A stretch of 64,000 bases of DNA, from positions 2,144,001 through 2,208,000 of the forward strand of contig CAVWGN010000001.1 in assembly GCA_963754655.1 (NCBI GenBank). The letters are read 5' to 3'. The notes under the pieces are model-generated. The model worked only from the letters and a program-made list of their open reading frames with translations. It was not told the origin of the DNA and did no database searches. Made by a program: the position numbers and the translations under genes. Origin of the DNA: an uncultured Chlamydiae bacterium. Its GTDB lineage: Bacteria > Chlamydiota > Chlamydiia > Chlamydiales > Parachlamydiaceae. This document shows positions 9,865-19,327 of the stretch, piece after piece; within the stretch, counting starts at the first letter, position 1; every line of letters begins with the position of its first letter.

Positions 9865-11914
9865 TCAAGCGCGATCTTGCTGAACAGCAGCCAAGACAAT
9901 TTCTTGATCACTTTGCAAGCTCTCATCTGCAAACTCAAGAGCCAAGCCATCTTGCTGAACGGCAGCCAAGACAATTTCTCGATCACTTTGCAAGCTCTGA
10001 TCTGCATATTGAAGAGCGCAGCCATCTTGCTGAACGGCAGCTAAAACAATTTCTCGGTCATTTTGAAAGCTTTCATCTGCAAACTCAAGAGACCAGCCAT
10101 CTTGCTGAACGACAGCCAATACAATCTCTCGATCTTTTTTAAAGCTTTCATCTGCATATCCAAGAGCCTCGCCATCTTGCTGAACGGCAGCCAAGACAAT
10201 CTCTCGATCTTTTTTAAAGCTTTGATCTGCATAGTAAAGAGCCCAGCTATTTTGCTGAACGGCAACCAAGACAATCTCTCGATCTTTTTTAAGGCTTTCA
10301 TCTGCATATTGAAGAGCCAAGCCCTCTTGCTGAACAGCAGCCAAGACAATCTCTCGATCTTTTTTAAGACTTTTATCTGCATATTCAAGAACCATGCCAC
10401 TTTGTTTAACGGGCCGCCAAGACAATCTCTCGATCTTTTTTAAGGCTTTCATCTGCATAGTAAAGAGCATAGCCATTTTGCTTAACGGCAGCCAAAACAA
10501 TCTCTCGATCTTTTGTAAGACTTTCATCTGCATACTGAAGAGCCAAGCCCTCTTGCTGAACAGCAGCCAAGACAATCTCTCGATCTTTTTTAAGGCTTTC
10601 ATCTACATATTCAAGAGCCACGCCACTTTGTTGAACAGCAGCCAAGACAATTTCTCGATCTTGTTTAAAACCTTTATCTACAAAGGCAAGAGCTCTGCCA
10701 TCTAGCTGAACGGCAGCTAGGACAAACTCTCGGTCTTTTTTAAGGCTTTCATCCGCATCTAGAAGAGCCTGAACATCTTGATAAACAGCATCTAAGACAA
10801 TCTCTCGATCTTTTTTAAGGCTTTCATCTGCAAACTTAAGAGCCATGCCATCTTCCTGAACGGCAGTCATGACAATTTCTTGATCTTTTTTAAAGCTTCC
10901 ATCTGCATATTCAAGAGCACTGCCAGCTTGCTGAACGGCAGCCAAGACAATCTCCCGATCTTTTTTAAGGCTTTCATCTACATATTCAAGAACATAGCCG
11001 CTTTGCTGAACGGCAGCTAAGACAATCTCCCGATCTTTTTTAAGGCTTTCATCTGCAAACTTAAGAACCCCGCCATCTTCCTGAACGGCAGCTAAGACAA
11101 TTTCCCGATCTTTTTTAAGGCTTTCATCTACATATTCAAGAGCCAAGCCATCTTTCTGAACAACAGACAAGACAATTTCTCGATCTTTTTTAAGGTCATC
11201 ACGTATAGCAAAAACAGAACTTCCAAAACACTGACTAATGTGCATCAAAATTTCTTTATCATTAAAATTGGGAATTTTTTTAAGGGTAGAGATAATAGAG
11301 CTTCCTGCCTGATCCCATTCCTCTATATATTCTCGACCACCATAATAAAGTTTAATAAATTCATTTTTGATAATGGTTAATCTTTGCTCATCATTACCTA
11401 ATATAAGAGAGTTTAAAATAGACAATTGCTCTTCCGCTACCTGCCGAATGTTTTTATTGGCGCTCCTTTTGCAAACTTCAGGATTCCATAGATAGCGATC
11501 CAAAAGAGAAAGAAATAAGCTCTTTGCGTAAAATAATTGTGAATCAACCATTAACAAATGCCTAAATCCTTCTTTTTGGCAAAATAGGAATCGATCTATC
11601 AGTTTAAATTCCTGAGGGGTAAAATGCTCCTTTTGCTTAGTTTTGATACACTCTTGAGGAAATTTGATAGTGGATGGACGATGCACTGTAAGTTGAAAAA
11701 GAGTCCGTAGCAATGAGATACAAGGATTCTTCTCAAAAATGTGTTTCCATTTTTTACAGGTCAGTAAAATAGAAGAAATGTCATGCATAGAGCAGCTTTG
11801 ATTGACAACCTGATCAAAAATAATTCCTAACACATCCTGAGGAATTAATATGTCTAAGAAAGCTTCATTTGTAGTGTTTGGCATTGTAGGTGAATGAAGA
11901 AAGAGAGTTTTCAT
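9865..11914 (-). pseudogene. array copy 1, F-box-like/DUF4116-repeat gene split by a 1-nt frameshift
   Basis: ORFs 10406-11914 and 9865-10602 continue the same repeat register; extra G near 10411-10413 (AACGGGCCG versus AACGGCCG in other repeats). Confidence 0.8.
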
Positions 11915-12072
11915 AATTGTTCCTTAAAGCAAGGGATTAGTATTACCCGATTTTTTACAATTGTAAAAAGTTGAGATTAAAGATTTGCATTAAAAAATAT
12001 TTTTAATTTAAAATAGTTACATCTTTTAATTTTTATAGATTTATAACATAAATTAAGAAATTTAGTACAAAA

Positions 12073-12190
12073 TTAAGTTTTGTTTGGATAAGACCTTCAA
12101 GAATAAAAGTGATCAAACTGAACTTTCCTTGGAAAACCTTATGCCATGCTTCCCCCTGGCTTGTATTTCTTGGGAAAAAAGCTTCAAAAA
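12073..12190 (-). pseudogene. internally deleted remnant of the waaC-like 3' end
   Basis: Matches 40841-41046 (TTCCTTGGAAAACCTTATGCC, GGCTTGTATTT) with the middle missing. Confidence 0.75.
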
Positions 12191-12197
12191 TTGAATG

Positions 12198-13796
12198 TCA
12201 AGCGAGATCTTGCTGAACGGCAGCCAAGACAATTTCTTGATCACTTTGCAAGCTCTCATCTGCAAACTCAAGAGCCAAGCCATCTTGCTGAACGGCAGCC
12301 AAGACAATTTCTCGATCACTTTGCAAGCTCTGATCTGCATATTCAAGAGCGCAGCCATCTTGTTGAACGGCAGCTAAAACAATTTCTCGGTCATTTTGAA
12401 AGCTTTCATCTGCAAACTCAAGAGACCAGCCATCTTGCTGAACGGCAGCCAAGACAATCTCTCGATCTTTTTTAAGGCTTTCATCTGCATATCCAAGAGC
12501 CTCGCCATTTTGCTGAACAGCAGCCAATACAATCTCTCGATCTTTTTCAAAGCTTTCATCTGCATATTGAAGAGCATATCCATCTTGCTGAACGGCAGCC
12601 AAGACAATCTCTCGATCTTTTTTAAAGCTTTCATCTGCATATCCAAGAGCCTCGCCATCTTGCTGGACGGCAATCAAGACAATTTCTCGATCTTTTTTAA
12701 AGCTTGCATTTGCATATTGAAGAGCCAAGCCATCTTGCCGAACGGCAGCCAAGACAATCTCTCGATCTTTTTTAAGGCTTTCATCTGCATATTGAAGAAC
12801 CCAGCCCTTTTTCTGAACGGCAACTAAGACAATCTCTCGATCTTTTGTAAGGTTTTCATCTGCATAGTAAAGAGCATTGCCATCTTGCTGAACGGCAGCC
12901 AAGACAATCTCTCGATCTTTTTTAAGGCTTTCATCTGCAAACTCAAGAAATTTACCATCTTGCTGAACGACAGCCAAGACAATCTCTCGATCTTTTTTAA
13001 AACTTTCATCTGCATAGAAAAAAGCCCTGCTATCTTGCTGAACAACCGTTAAGACAATGTCGCGATCTTTTTTAAGGCTGTCACGTATATCAAAAACAGA
13101 ACGTCCAAAAAACAGACCAATCTGCATAAAAATTTCTTTATCATTAAAAGTGGGAATTTCTTTAAGGGTGGAGATGATAGAGTGTTCTGCTTCATACCAC
13201 TTCCCTGTTACTCGACCGCCACAGTAAAGTTTTTTAATAAATTCATTTTTGATAATGGTTAGTCTTTGTTCATCACTACCTGATACAAGAGAGTTTAAAA
13301 TAGACAATTGATCTTCTGCCAACTGCCGAATATTGTTATTAGCGCTCTTTTTGCACTTTTCAGGATCCCATATATAGCGATCCAAAAGACAAAGAAATAA
13401 ACTCTTCGGATGAAATAATTGTGAATCAACCATTAACAATTTTTCCAATGTTAGCTTCCGGTAAAAAAGGACTTGATCTATCAGTTTAAATTCCTGAGGA
13501 GTAAAATGCTCCTTTTGCTTAGTTTGTATACATTCCTGGGGAAATGTGATAGGGAAGGGATACTCCTCTTTAAGTTGAAAAAGAGTCTGTAGCAATGAGA
13601 TACAAGGACCCTTCTCAAAAATGTGTTTCCATTTTTTACAGGTCAGTAAAATAGAAGAGATGTCATGCATAGAGGGGCTTTGATTGACAACCTGATCAAA
13701 AATAATTCCTAACACATCATGAGGAAGTAATGTGTCTAAGAAAGCTTCGTTTGTAGTGTTTGGCATTGTAGGCGAATGGAGAAAAAGAGTTTTCAT
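12198..13796 (-). CDS. array copy 2, F-box-like/DUF4116-repeat protein
   Basis: LPHDVLGIIFDQV...SILLTCKKWKHI plus 25-aa repeats; AAGGA RBS. Confidence 0.9.
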   Translation of the reverse strand: MKTLFLHSPTMPNTTNEAFLDTLLPHDVLGIIFDQVVNQSPSMHDISSILLTCKKWKHIFEKGPCISLLQTLFQLKEEYPFPITFPQECIQTKQKEHFTPQEFKLIDQVLFYRKLTLEKLLMVDSQLFHPKSLFLCLLDRYIWDPEKCKKSANNNIRQLAEDQLSILNSLVSGSDEQRLTIIKNEFIKKLYCGGRVTGKWYEAEHSIISTLKEIPTFNDKEIFMQIGLFFGRSVFDIRDSLKKDRDIVLTVVQQDSRAFFYADESFKKDREIVLAVVQQDGKFLEFADESLKKDREIVLAAVQQDGNALYYADENLTKDREIVLVAVQKKGWVLQYADESLKKDREIVLAAVRQDGLALQYANASFKKDREIVLIAVQQDGEALGYADESFKKDREIVLAAVQQDGYALQYADESFEKDREIVLAAVQQNGEALGYADESLKKDREIVLAAVQQDGWSLEFADESFQNDREIVLAAVQQDGCALEYADQSLQSDREIVLAAVQQDGLALEFADESLQSDQEIVLAAVQQDLA

Positions 13797-13827
13797 AATT
13801 GTTCCTTAAGACAAGTGATTAGGATTA

Positions 13828-13857
13828 CTCGACTTTTTACAATTATAAAAAGTCGAG
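13828..13857. promoter_or_regulatory. conserved palindrome ~30 bp upstream of array gene starts (candidate operator)
   Basis: CTCGACTTTTTA-caatta-TAAAAAGTCGAG; variants at the same position upstream of other copies (about 15824, 21506, 34447). Confidence 0.5.
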
Positions 13858-13956
13858 ATTAAAAGTTGTATTAAACAAAATATTTTTTAATTTACAAACA
13901 TTAAATCTTTTAGTTTTTATAGATTTATAACATAAATTAATAAATTTATTACACTA

Positions 13957-14172
13957 TTAAATTTTGTTTAGATAAGACCATCGAGAATAGAAGTGATCAA
14001 ATAACTAGCGCCGCTCTAACTGCTTGATGCAGGCTCCGTTTGACAGGCTCGTAAGATAGCGTAGCATCTTTTCAAATGTTTTTGCCCATAAAAGCCACCT
14101 GAAATTTCCTTGGAAAGCCTTATGCCACGCTCCTCTCTGGCTGGTATTTCTTCTTGGAGAAAAAGCTTCAAG
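13957..14172 (-). pseudogene. remnant of the waaC-like 3' end
   Basis: Aligns by eye to 40841-41046; translated traces such as ILRACQT versus ILRTCQT. Confidence 0.85.
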
Positions 14173-14181
14173 AATTGAAGG

Positions 14182-15792
14182 TCAAGCGCCATCTTGCTTA
14201 ACAGCAATCAAGACAATTTCTTGATCATTTTGAAAGCTTTCATCTGCAAACTGAAGAACCCTACCATCTTGCTGAATGGCAGCCAAGACAATGTCTCGAT
14301 CTTTTTTAAGGCTTTCATCTGCATATTTAAGAGCCCAGCCATCTTGCTGAACGGCCGCCAAGACAATTTCTCGATCACTTTGCAAGCTTTCACCTGCAAA
14401 CTCAAGAGCGCAGCCAGCTTGCTGAACGGCAGCTAAAACAATTTCTCGATCACTTTGCAAGCTTTCATCTGCATAGTGAAGAGCCCTACCAGCTTGCTGA
14501 ACGGCAGCCAAGACAATTTCTTGATCATTTTGCAAGCTTTCATCTGCATATTGAAGAGCCCTACCAGCTTGCTGAACGGCAGCCAAGACAATTTCTTGAT
14601 CATTTTGCAAGCTTTCATCTGCAAACTCAAGAGCGCAGCCAGCTTGCTGAACGGCAGCCAAGACAATTTCTCGATCTTTTTTAAAGCTTGCATTTGCATA
14701 TTGAAGAGTTATGCTATTTTGCTGAATGGCAGCCAAGACAATCTCGCGATCACTTTGTAAGCTTTCATCTGCATATGCAAGAGCTCTGCTATTTTGCTTA
14801 ACAGCAGCCAAGACAATCTCTCGATTTTTTCTTAGACTTTCATCTGCATATTCAAGAGCCCAGCCACATTGATTAACAGCAGCTAAGATAATCTCTCGAT
14901 CACTTTGTAAGCTTTCATATGCATATTCAAGAACCCAGCCATTTTGCTGAACGGCAGCCAAGACAATCTCTCGATCTTTTTTAAAACTTTCATCTGCATA
15001 ATCAACAAGAGCCCTGCCATCTTGCTGAACGACCGCCAAGACAATGTCGCGATCTTCTTTAAGGCTGTCACGTATATCAAAAACAGAACGTCCAAAACAA
15101 TGGCCAATATGCATAAAAATTTCTTTATCATTAAAATTGGGAATTTTTTTAAGGGTAGAGATAATAGAGTCTTTTACCAAAGACCACTTCTCTGTTGCTC
15201 GGCCGCCACAGTAAAGTTTTTTAATAAATTCATTTTTGATAATGGTTAGTCTTTGCTCATCACTACCTGATACAAGAGAGTTTAAAATAGACAATTGCTT
15301 CTTTGCTACTTGCCGGATGTTTTGATTGGCGCTAGTTATGCAAACTTTAGGATCCCATGAATAGCGATCCAAAAGAGAAAGAAATAAACTCTTCGGATGA
15401 AATAATTGTGAATCAACCATTAACAGTTTTTCCAATTTTTCCAATCCAAACCTTCGGTCAAATAGAACTTGATCTATCAGTTTAAACTCCTGAGGGGTAA
15501 AACGCTCCTTTTGCTTAGTTTGTATACATTCCTGAGGGAATGTGATAGGGAATGGATGCTTCTCTTTAAATTGAAAAAGAGTCTGTAGCAATGAGATACA
15601 AGGATTCTTCTCAAAAATGTGTTTCCATTTTTTACAGGTCAATAAAATAGAAGAAATGTCAGGCATAGAATGGCTTTGATTGACAATCTGATCAAAAATA
15701 ATTCCTAACACATCATGAGGAAGTAATGTATCTAATGAAGCTTCATTGGTAGTGTTTGGCATTGTAGGTGAATGAAGAAAGAGAGTTTTCAT
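14182..15792 (-). CDS. array copy 3, F-box-like/DUF4116-repeat protein
   Basis: Same architecture, 536 aa. Confidence 0.9.
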   Translation of the reverse strand: MKTLFLHSPTMPNTTNEASLDTLLPHDVLGIIFDQIVNQSHSMPDISSILLTCKKWKHIFEKNPCISLLQTLFQFKEKHPFPITFPQECIQTKQKERFTPQEFKLIDQVLFDRRFGLEKLEKLLMVDSQLFHPKSLFLSLLDRYSWDPKVCITSANQNIRQVAKKQLSILNSLVSGSDEQRLTIIKNEFIKKLYCGGRATEKWSLVKDSIISTLKKIPNFNDKEIFMHIGHCFGRSVFDIRDSLKEDRDIVLAVVQQDGRALVDYADESFKKDREIVLAAVQQNGWVLEYAYESLQSDREIILAAVNQCGWALEYADESLRKNREIVLAAVKQNSRALAYADESLQSDREIVLAAIQQNSITLQYANASFKKDREIVLAAVQQAGCALEFADESLQNDQEIVLAAVQQAGRALQYADESLQNDQEIVLAAVQQAGRALHYADESLQSDREIVLAAVQQAGCALEFAGESLQSDREIVLAAVQQDGWALKYADESLKKDRDIVLAAIQQDGRVLQFADESFQNDQEIVLIAVKQDGA

Positions 15793-15953
15793 AATTGTTC
15801 CTTAAGGCAAGTGATTAGGATTACTCGACTTTTTACAATTATAAAAAGTCGATATTAAAAGCTTGTATTAAACAAAATATTTTTTAATTTACAAAAATTA
15901 AATATTTTAGTTTTTATAAATTTATAACATAAATTAATAAATTTAGTACACTA

Positions 15954-16170
15954 TTAAATTTTGTTTAGATAAGACCATCAAGAATAGAAGTGATCAAATC
16001 ACTAGCGCCCCTCTAACTGCTTGATGCAAGCTCCGTTTGACAGGTTCGTAAGATAGCGTAGCATCTTTTCAAATGTTTTTGCCCATAAAAGCCACCTGAA
16101 ATTTCCTTGGAAAGCCTTATGCCACGCTCCTCCCTGGCTGGTATTTCTTCTTGGGAGAAAAAGCTTCAAG
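15954..16170 (-). pseudogene. remnant of the waaC-like 3' end
   Basis: Translated traces HKAFQGN, KTFE and GACIKQLE are identical to the WaaC-like C-terminus. Confidence 0.85.
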
Positions 16171-16179
16171 AATTGAACG

Positions 16180-18090
16180 TCAAGCGCCATCTTGCTCAAC
16201 AACAGCTAAGACAATTTCTTGATCATTTTGAAAGCTTTCATCTGCATATATAAGAGCCTCTCCATCTTGCTTAACAGCAACCAAGACAATCTCTCGATCT
16301 TTTTTAAGGCCTTTATCTGCAAACTCGAGAGCCAAGCCATATTGCTGAACGGCAGCCAAGACAATTTCTCGATCACTTTGCAAGCTTTCATCTGCATATT
16401 CAAGAGCATCGCCATATTGCTGAACAGCAGCCGAGACAATCTCTCGATCTTTTTTAAGGCTTTCATCTGCAAACTCAAGAGCCAAGCCATCTTGCTGAAC
16501 AGCAGCCAAAACAAGTTCTCGATCCCTTTGCAAGCTTTCATCTGCAAACTCAAGAGCATCGCCATCTTGCTGAACAGCAGCTAAGACAATCTCTCGATCT
16601 TTTTTAAGGCTTTCATCTGCATAGTAAAGAGCTCGGCCATTTTGCTGAACAGCAGCCAAGACAACCTCTCGATCTTTTTTAAAGCCTTCATCTGCATAGA
16701 GAAGAGCCCCACCATCTTGCTGAACAGCAGCCAAGACAATCTCTCGATCTTTTTTAAAGCCTTCATCTGCATATTCAAGAGCGTTGCCAATTTGCTGAAC
16801 GGCAGCCAAGACGGCAATCAAAACCATCTCTCGATCTTTTTTAAAGCTTTCATCTGCATATTTAAGAGCATTGCCATCTTGCTTAACAGCAGCCAAGACA
16901 ATCTCTCGATCTTTTTTAAAGCTTTCATCTGCATATTCAAGAACATTGCCATGTTGCTTAACAGCAGCCAAGACAATTTCTCGATCATTTTGAAAGCTTT
17001 CATCTGCAACTTCAAGAGCATAGCCATTTTGCTTAACAGCAGCCAAAACAATCTCTCGATCTTTTTTAAAGCTTTCGTCTGCATATTGAAGAGCATAGCC
17101 ATGTTGCTTAACAGCAGCCAAGACAATCTCTCGATCTTTTTGAAGGCTTTCATCTGCAAATTGAAGAACATTGCCATGTTGCTTAACAGCAGCCAAGACA
17201 ATTTCTCGATCTTTTTTAAAGCTTTCATCTGCAACTGCGAGAGCCAAGGCTTTTTGCTGAACGGCAACCAAGACAATCTCTCGATCTTTTTTAAGGCTTG
17301 CATCTGCATATTGAAGAGCCCAGCCATCTTGCTGAACGGCAGCCAAGACAATCTCTCGATCTTTTCCAAGGCCGTCATGTATAGCAAAAACAGAAACTCC
17401 GAAACACCGACCAATATGCATAAAAATTTCTTTATCATTAAAATTGGGAATTTTTTTAAGGGTAGAGATAATAGAGTCTATTACCGGAGACCACTTCCCT
17501 TTTGCTTGACCGCCACAGTAAAGTTTTTTAATAAATTCATTTTTGATAATGGTTAGTCTTTGCTCATCACTACCTAATATAAGAGAGGTTAAAATAAACA
17601 ATTGCTTTTTCGCTACTTGCCGGATGTTTTGATTGGCGCTCGATTTGCAAACTTCAGGATTCCATGGATAGCGATCCAAAAGAGAAAGAAATAAACTCTT
17701 CGGTTGAAATAATTGTGAATCAACCATTAACAATTTTTCCAATTTTAGCTCTTGATAAAGTAGGACTCGATCTATCAGTTTAAATTCCTGAGAAGTAAAA
17801 CGCTCCTTTTGCTTAGTTTGTATACATTCCTGAGGAAATGTGATAGGAAATGGATAATTCTTTTTAAGTTGAAAAAGAGTTCGTAGCAAGGAGATACAAG
17901 GATTCTTCTCAAAAATGTGTTTCCATTTTTTACAGGTCAGTAAAATAGAAGAGATGTCATGCATAGAGGGGCTTTGATTAACAACCTGATCAAAAATAAC
18001 CCCTAAAAGCTCATTAGGAATTAATGTGTCTAAGAAAGCTTCGTTTGTAGCGTTTAGCATTGTAGGTGAATAAAGAAAGAGAGGTTTCAA
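16180..18090 (-). CDS. array copy 4, F-box-like/DUF4116-repeat protein (TTG start)
   Basis: Same architecture, 636 aa; ATG replaced by TTG after the conserved AAGGAACAATT. Confidence 0.88.
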   Translation of the reverse strand: MKPLFLYSPTMLNATNEAFLDTLIPNELLGVIFDQVVNQSPSMHDISSILLTCKKWKHIFEKNPCISLLRTLFQLKKNYPFPITFPQECIQTKQKERFTSQEFKLIDRVLLYQELKLEKLLMVDSQLFQPKSLFLSLLDRYPWNPEVCKSSANQNIRQVAKKQLFILTSLILGSDEQRLTIIKNEFIKKLYCGGQAKGKWSPVIDSIISTLKKIPNFNDKEIFMHIGRCFGVSVFAIHDGLGKDREIVLAAVQQDGWALQYADASLKKDREIVLVAVQQKALALAVADESFKKDREIVLAAVKQHGNVLQFADESLQKDREIVLAAVKQHGYALQYADESFKKDREIVLAAVKQNGYALEVADESFQNDREIVLAAVKQHGNVLEYADESFKKDREIVLAAVKQDGNALKYADESFKKDREMVLIAVLAAVQQIGNALEYADEGFKKDREIVLAAVQQDGGALLYADEGFKKDREVVLAAVQQNGRALYYADESLKKDREIVLAAVQQDGDALEFADESLQRDRELVLAAVQQDGLALEFADESLKKDREIVSAAVQQYGDALEYADESLQSDREIVLAAVQQYGLALEFADKGLKKDREIVLVAVKQDGEALIYADESFQNDQEIVLAVVEQDGA

Positions 18091-18210
18091 AATTGTTCCT
18101 TAAGGCAAGTGATTAGTATTAATTGACTTTTACAATTGTAAAAATTCAAATTAAAATATTGGATAAAAAAATATTTTTTAATTTAAAATAATTAAATATT
18201 TTATTTTTTT

Positions 18211-18304
18211 AGGAGTTACGCAGTTGAACTATTTTCTCCTCTGAGTGTTAATGATTTTATCATTTGAAGCTCAGAGGAGAAAATAGTTCAACTGCTTAAT
18301 TTTT
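18211..18304. mobile_element. short palindromic insertion (MITE-like, family C)
   Basis: 26-bp perfect arms GCAGTTGAACTATTTTCTCCTCTGAG at 18220-18245 and 18270-18295; absent from the equivalent spacer of other copies. Confidence 0.7.
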
Positions 18305-18347
18305 ATTTTTGTAAATTTATAACATAAACTAACAAATTTGTACAATA

Positions 18348-18559
18348 TTAAATTTTGTTTGGATAAGATTATCAAGAATAGAAGTAATCAAATAACTGGC
18401 GCCTCTAACTGCTTGATGCAGGCTCCGTTTGACAGGTTCGTAAGATAGCTAGCCTCTTTCAAATGTTTTTGTTCATAAAAGCTACCTGAACTTTCCTTGG
18501 AAAACCTTATGCCACGCTCCTCGCTGGCTTGTATTTCTTGAGAGAAAAAGCTTCAAAAA
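18348..18559 (-). pseudogene. remnant of the waaC-like 3' end
   Basis: CTCTAACTGCTTGATGCAGGCTCCGTTTGACAGG block shared with 40899-40932. Confidence 0.85.
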
Positions 18560-18566
18560 TTGAACG

Positions 18567-19046
18567 TCAAGCGCGATCTTGCTGAACAGCAACCAAGACA
18601 ATTTCTTGATCATTTTGAAAGCTTTCATCTGCATATTCAATAGCCTGCCATCTTGCTGAACAGCAGCCAAAACAATTTCTCGATCATTTTGAAAGCTTCA
18701 TCTGCAACTTCAAGAGCATAGCCATTTTGCTTAACAGCAGCCAAAACAATCTCTCGATTTTTTCTTAGGGTTTCATCTGCATATTTAAGAGCTCAGCCAT
18801 CTTGATTAACAGCAGCTAAGACAATCTCTCGATCTTTTTTAAGGCTTTCATCCGCATATTTAAGAGCCAAACCATATCGCTGAACAGCAGCCAAGACAAT
18901 CTCTCTATCTTTTTTCAAGCTTTTATCTGTATATTGAAGGGCCCTGCCATCTTGCTGAACAACAACCCGGACAATTTCTCGATCTTTTTCAAGGCCATCA
19001 CATATAGCAAAAACAAAACATCCAAAACACCGACCAATCTGCATTA
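18567..19046 (-). pseudogene. array copy 5, 5'-truncated fragment with in-frame stop and frameshifts
   Basis: Starts at MQIGRCFG, contains several repeats, TGA at 18793; the N-terminal domains are replaced by palindromic element B. Confidence 0.85.
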
Positions 19047-19312
19047 GCGGCGGGTAGCCGCTTTCAGTGGGAAGCCCTGTATGAAGCGAGCTTGCGAGCG
19101 GAATGCGGGGTGTAGGCAAGATAGCATTGAGCTGCGGAAGCAGCGTAAGATCACTCACACCGCTTCCGCGGTTTATATTTTATTGATGGCTACCCCGCAT
19201 TCCACTCGCAAGCTCGCTTCATACAGGGCTTCCCACTGAAAGGGGCTACCGCCGCCCTACCATTTCGTATCGATCTGCTAAAAAATATAAACTCCCAGAT
19301 TTAATCACACTC
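19046..19312 (-). mobile_element. GC-rich palindromic element, family B copy 1
   Basis: ~70-bp inverted arms (GGTAGCCGCTTTCAGTGGGAAGCCCTGTATGAAGCGAGC...), an inner hairpin and a ~48-bp tail; reverse-complement near-copy at 39007-39280. Confidence 0.8.
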
Positions 19313-19327
19313 AGAAGGCCAGAAGAT

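Noticed and set aside
18793..19158. 121-aa ORF as a real gene
   Set aside because: Its N-terminus is read from palindromic element B and fused by chance to the copy 5 fragment
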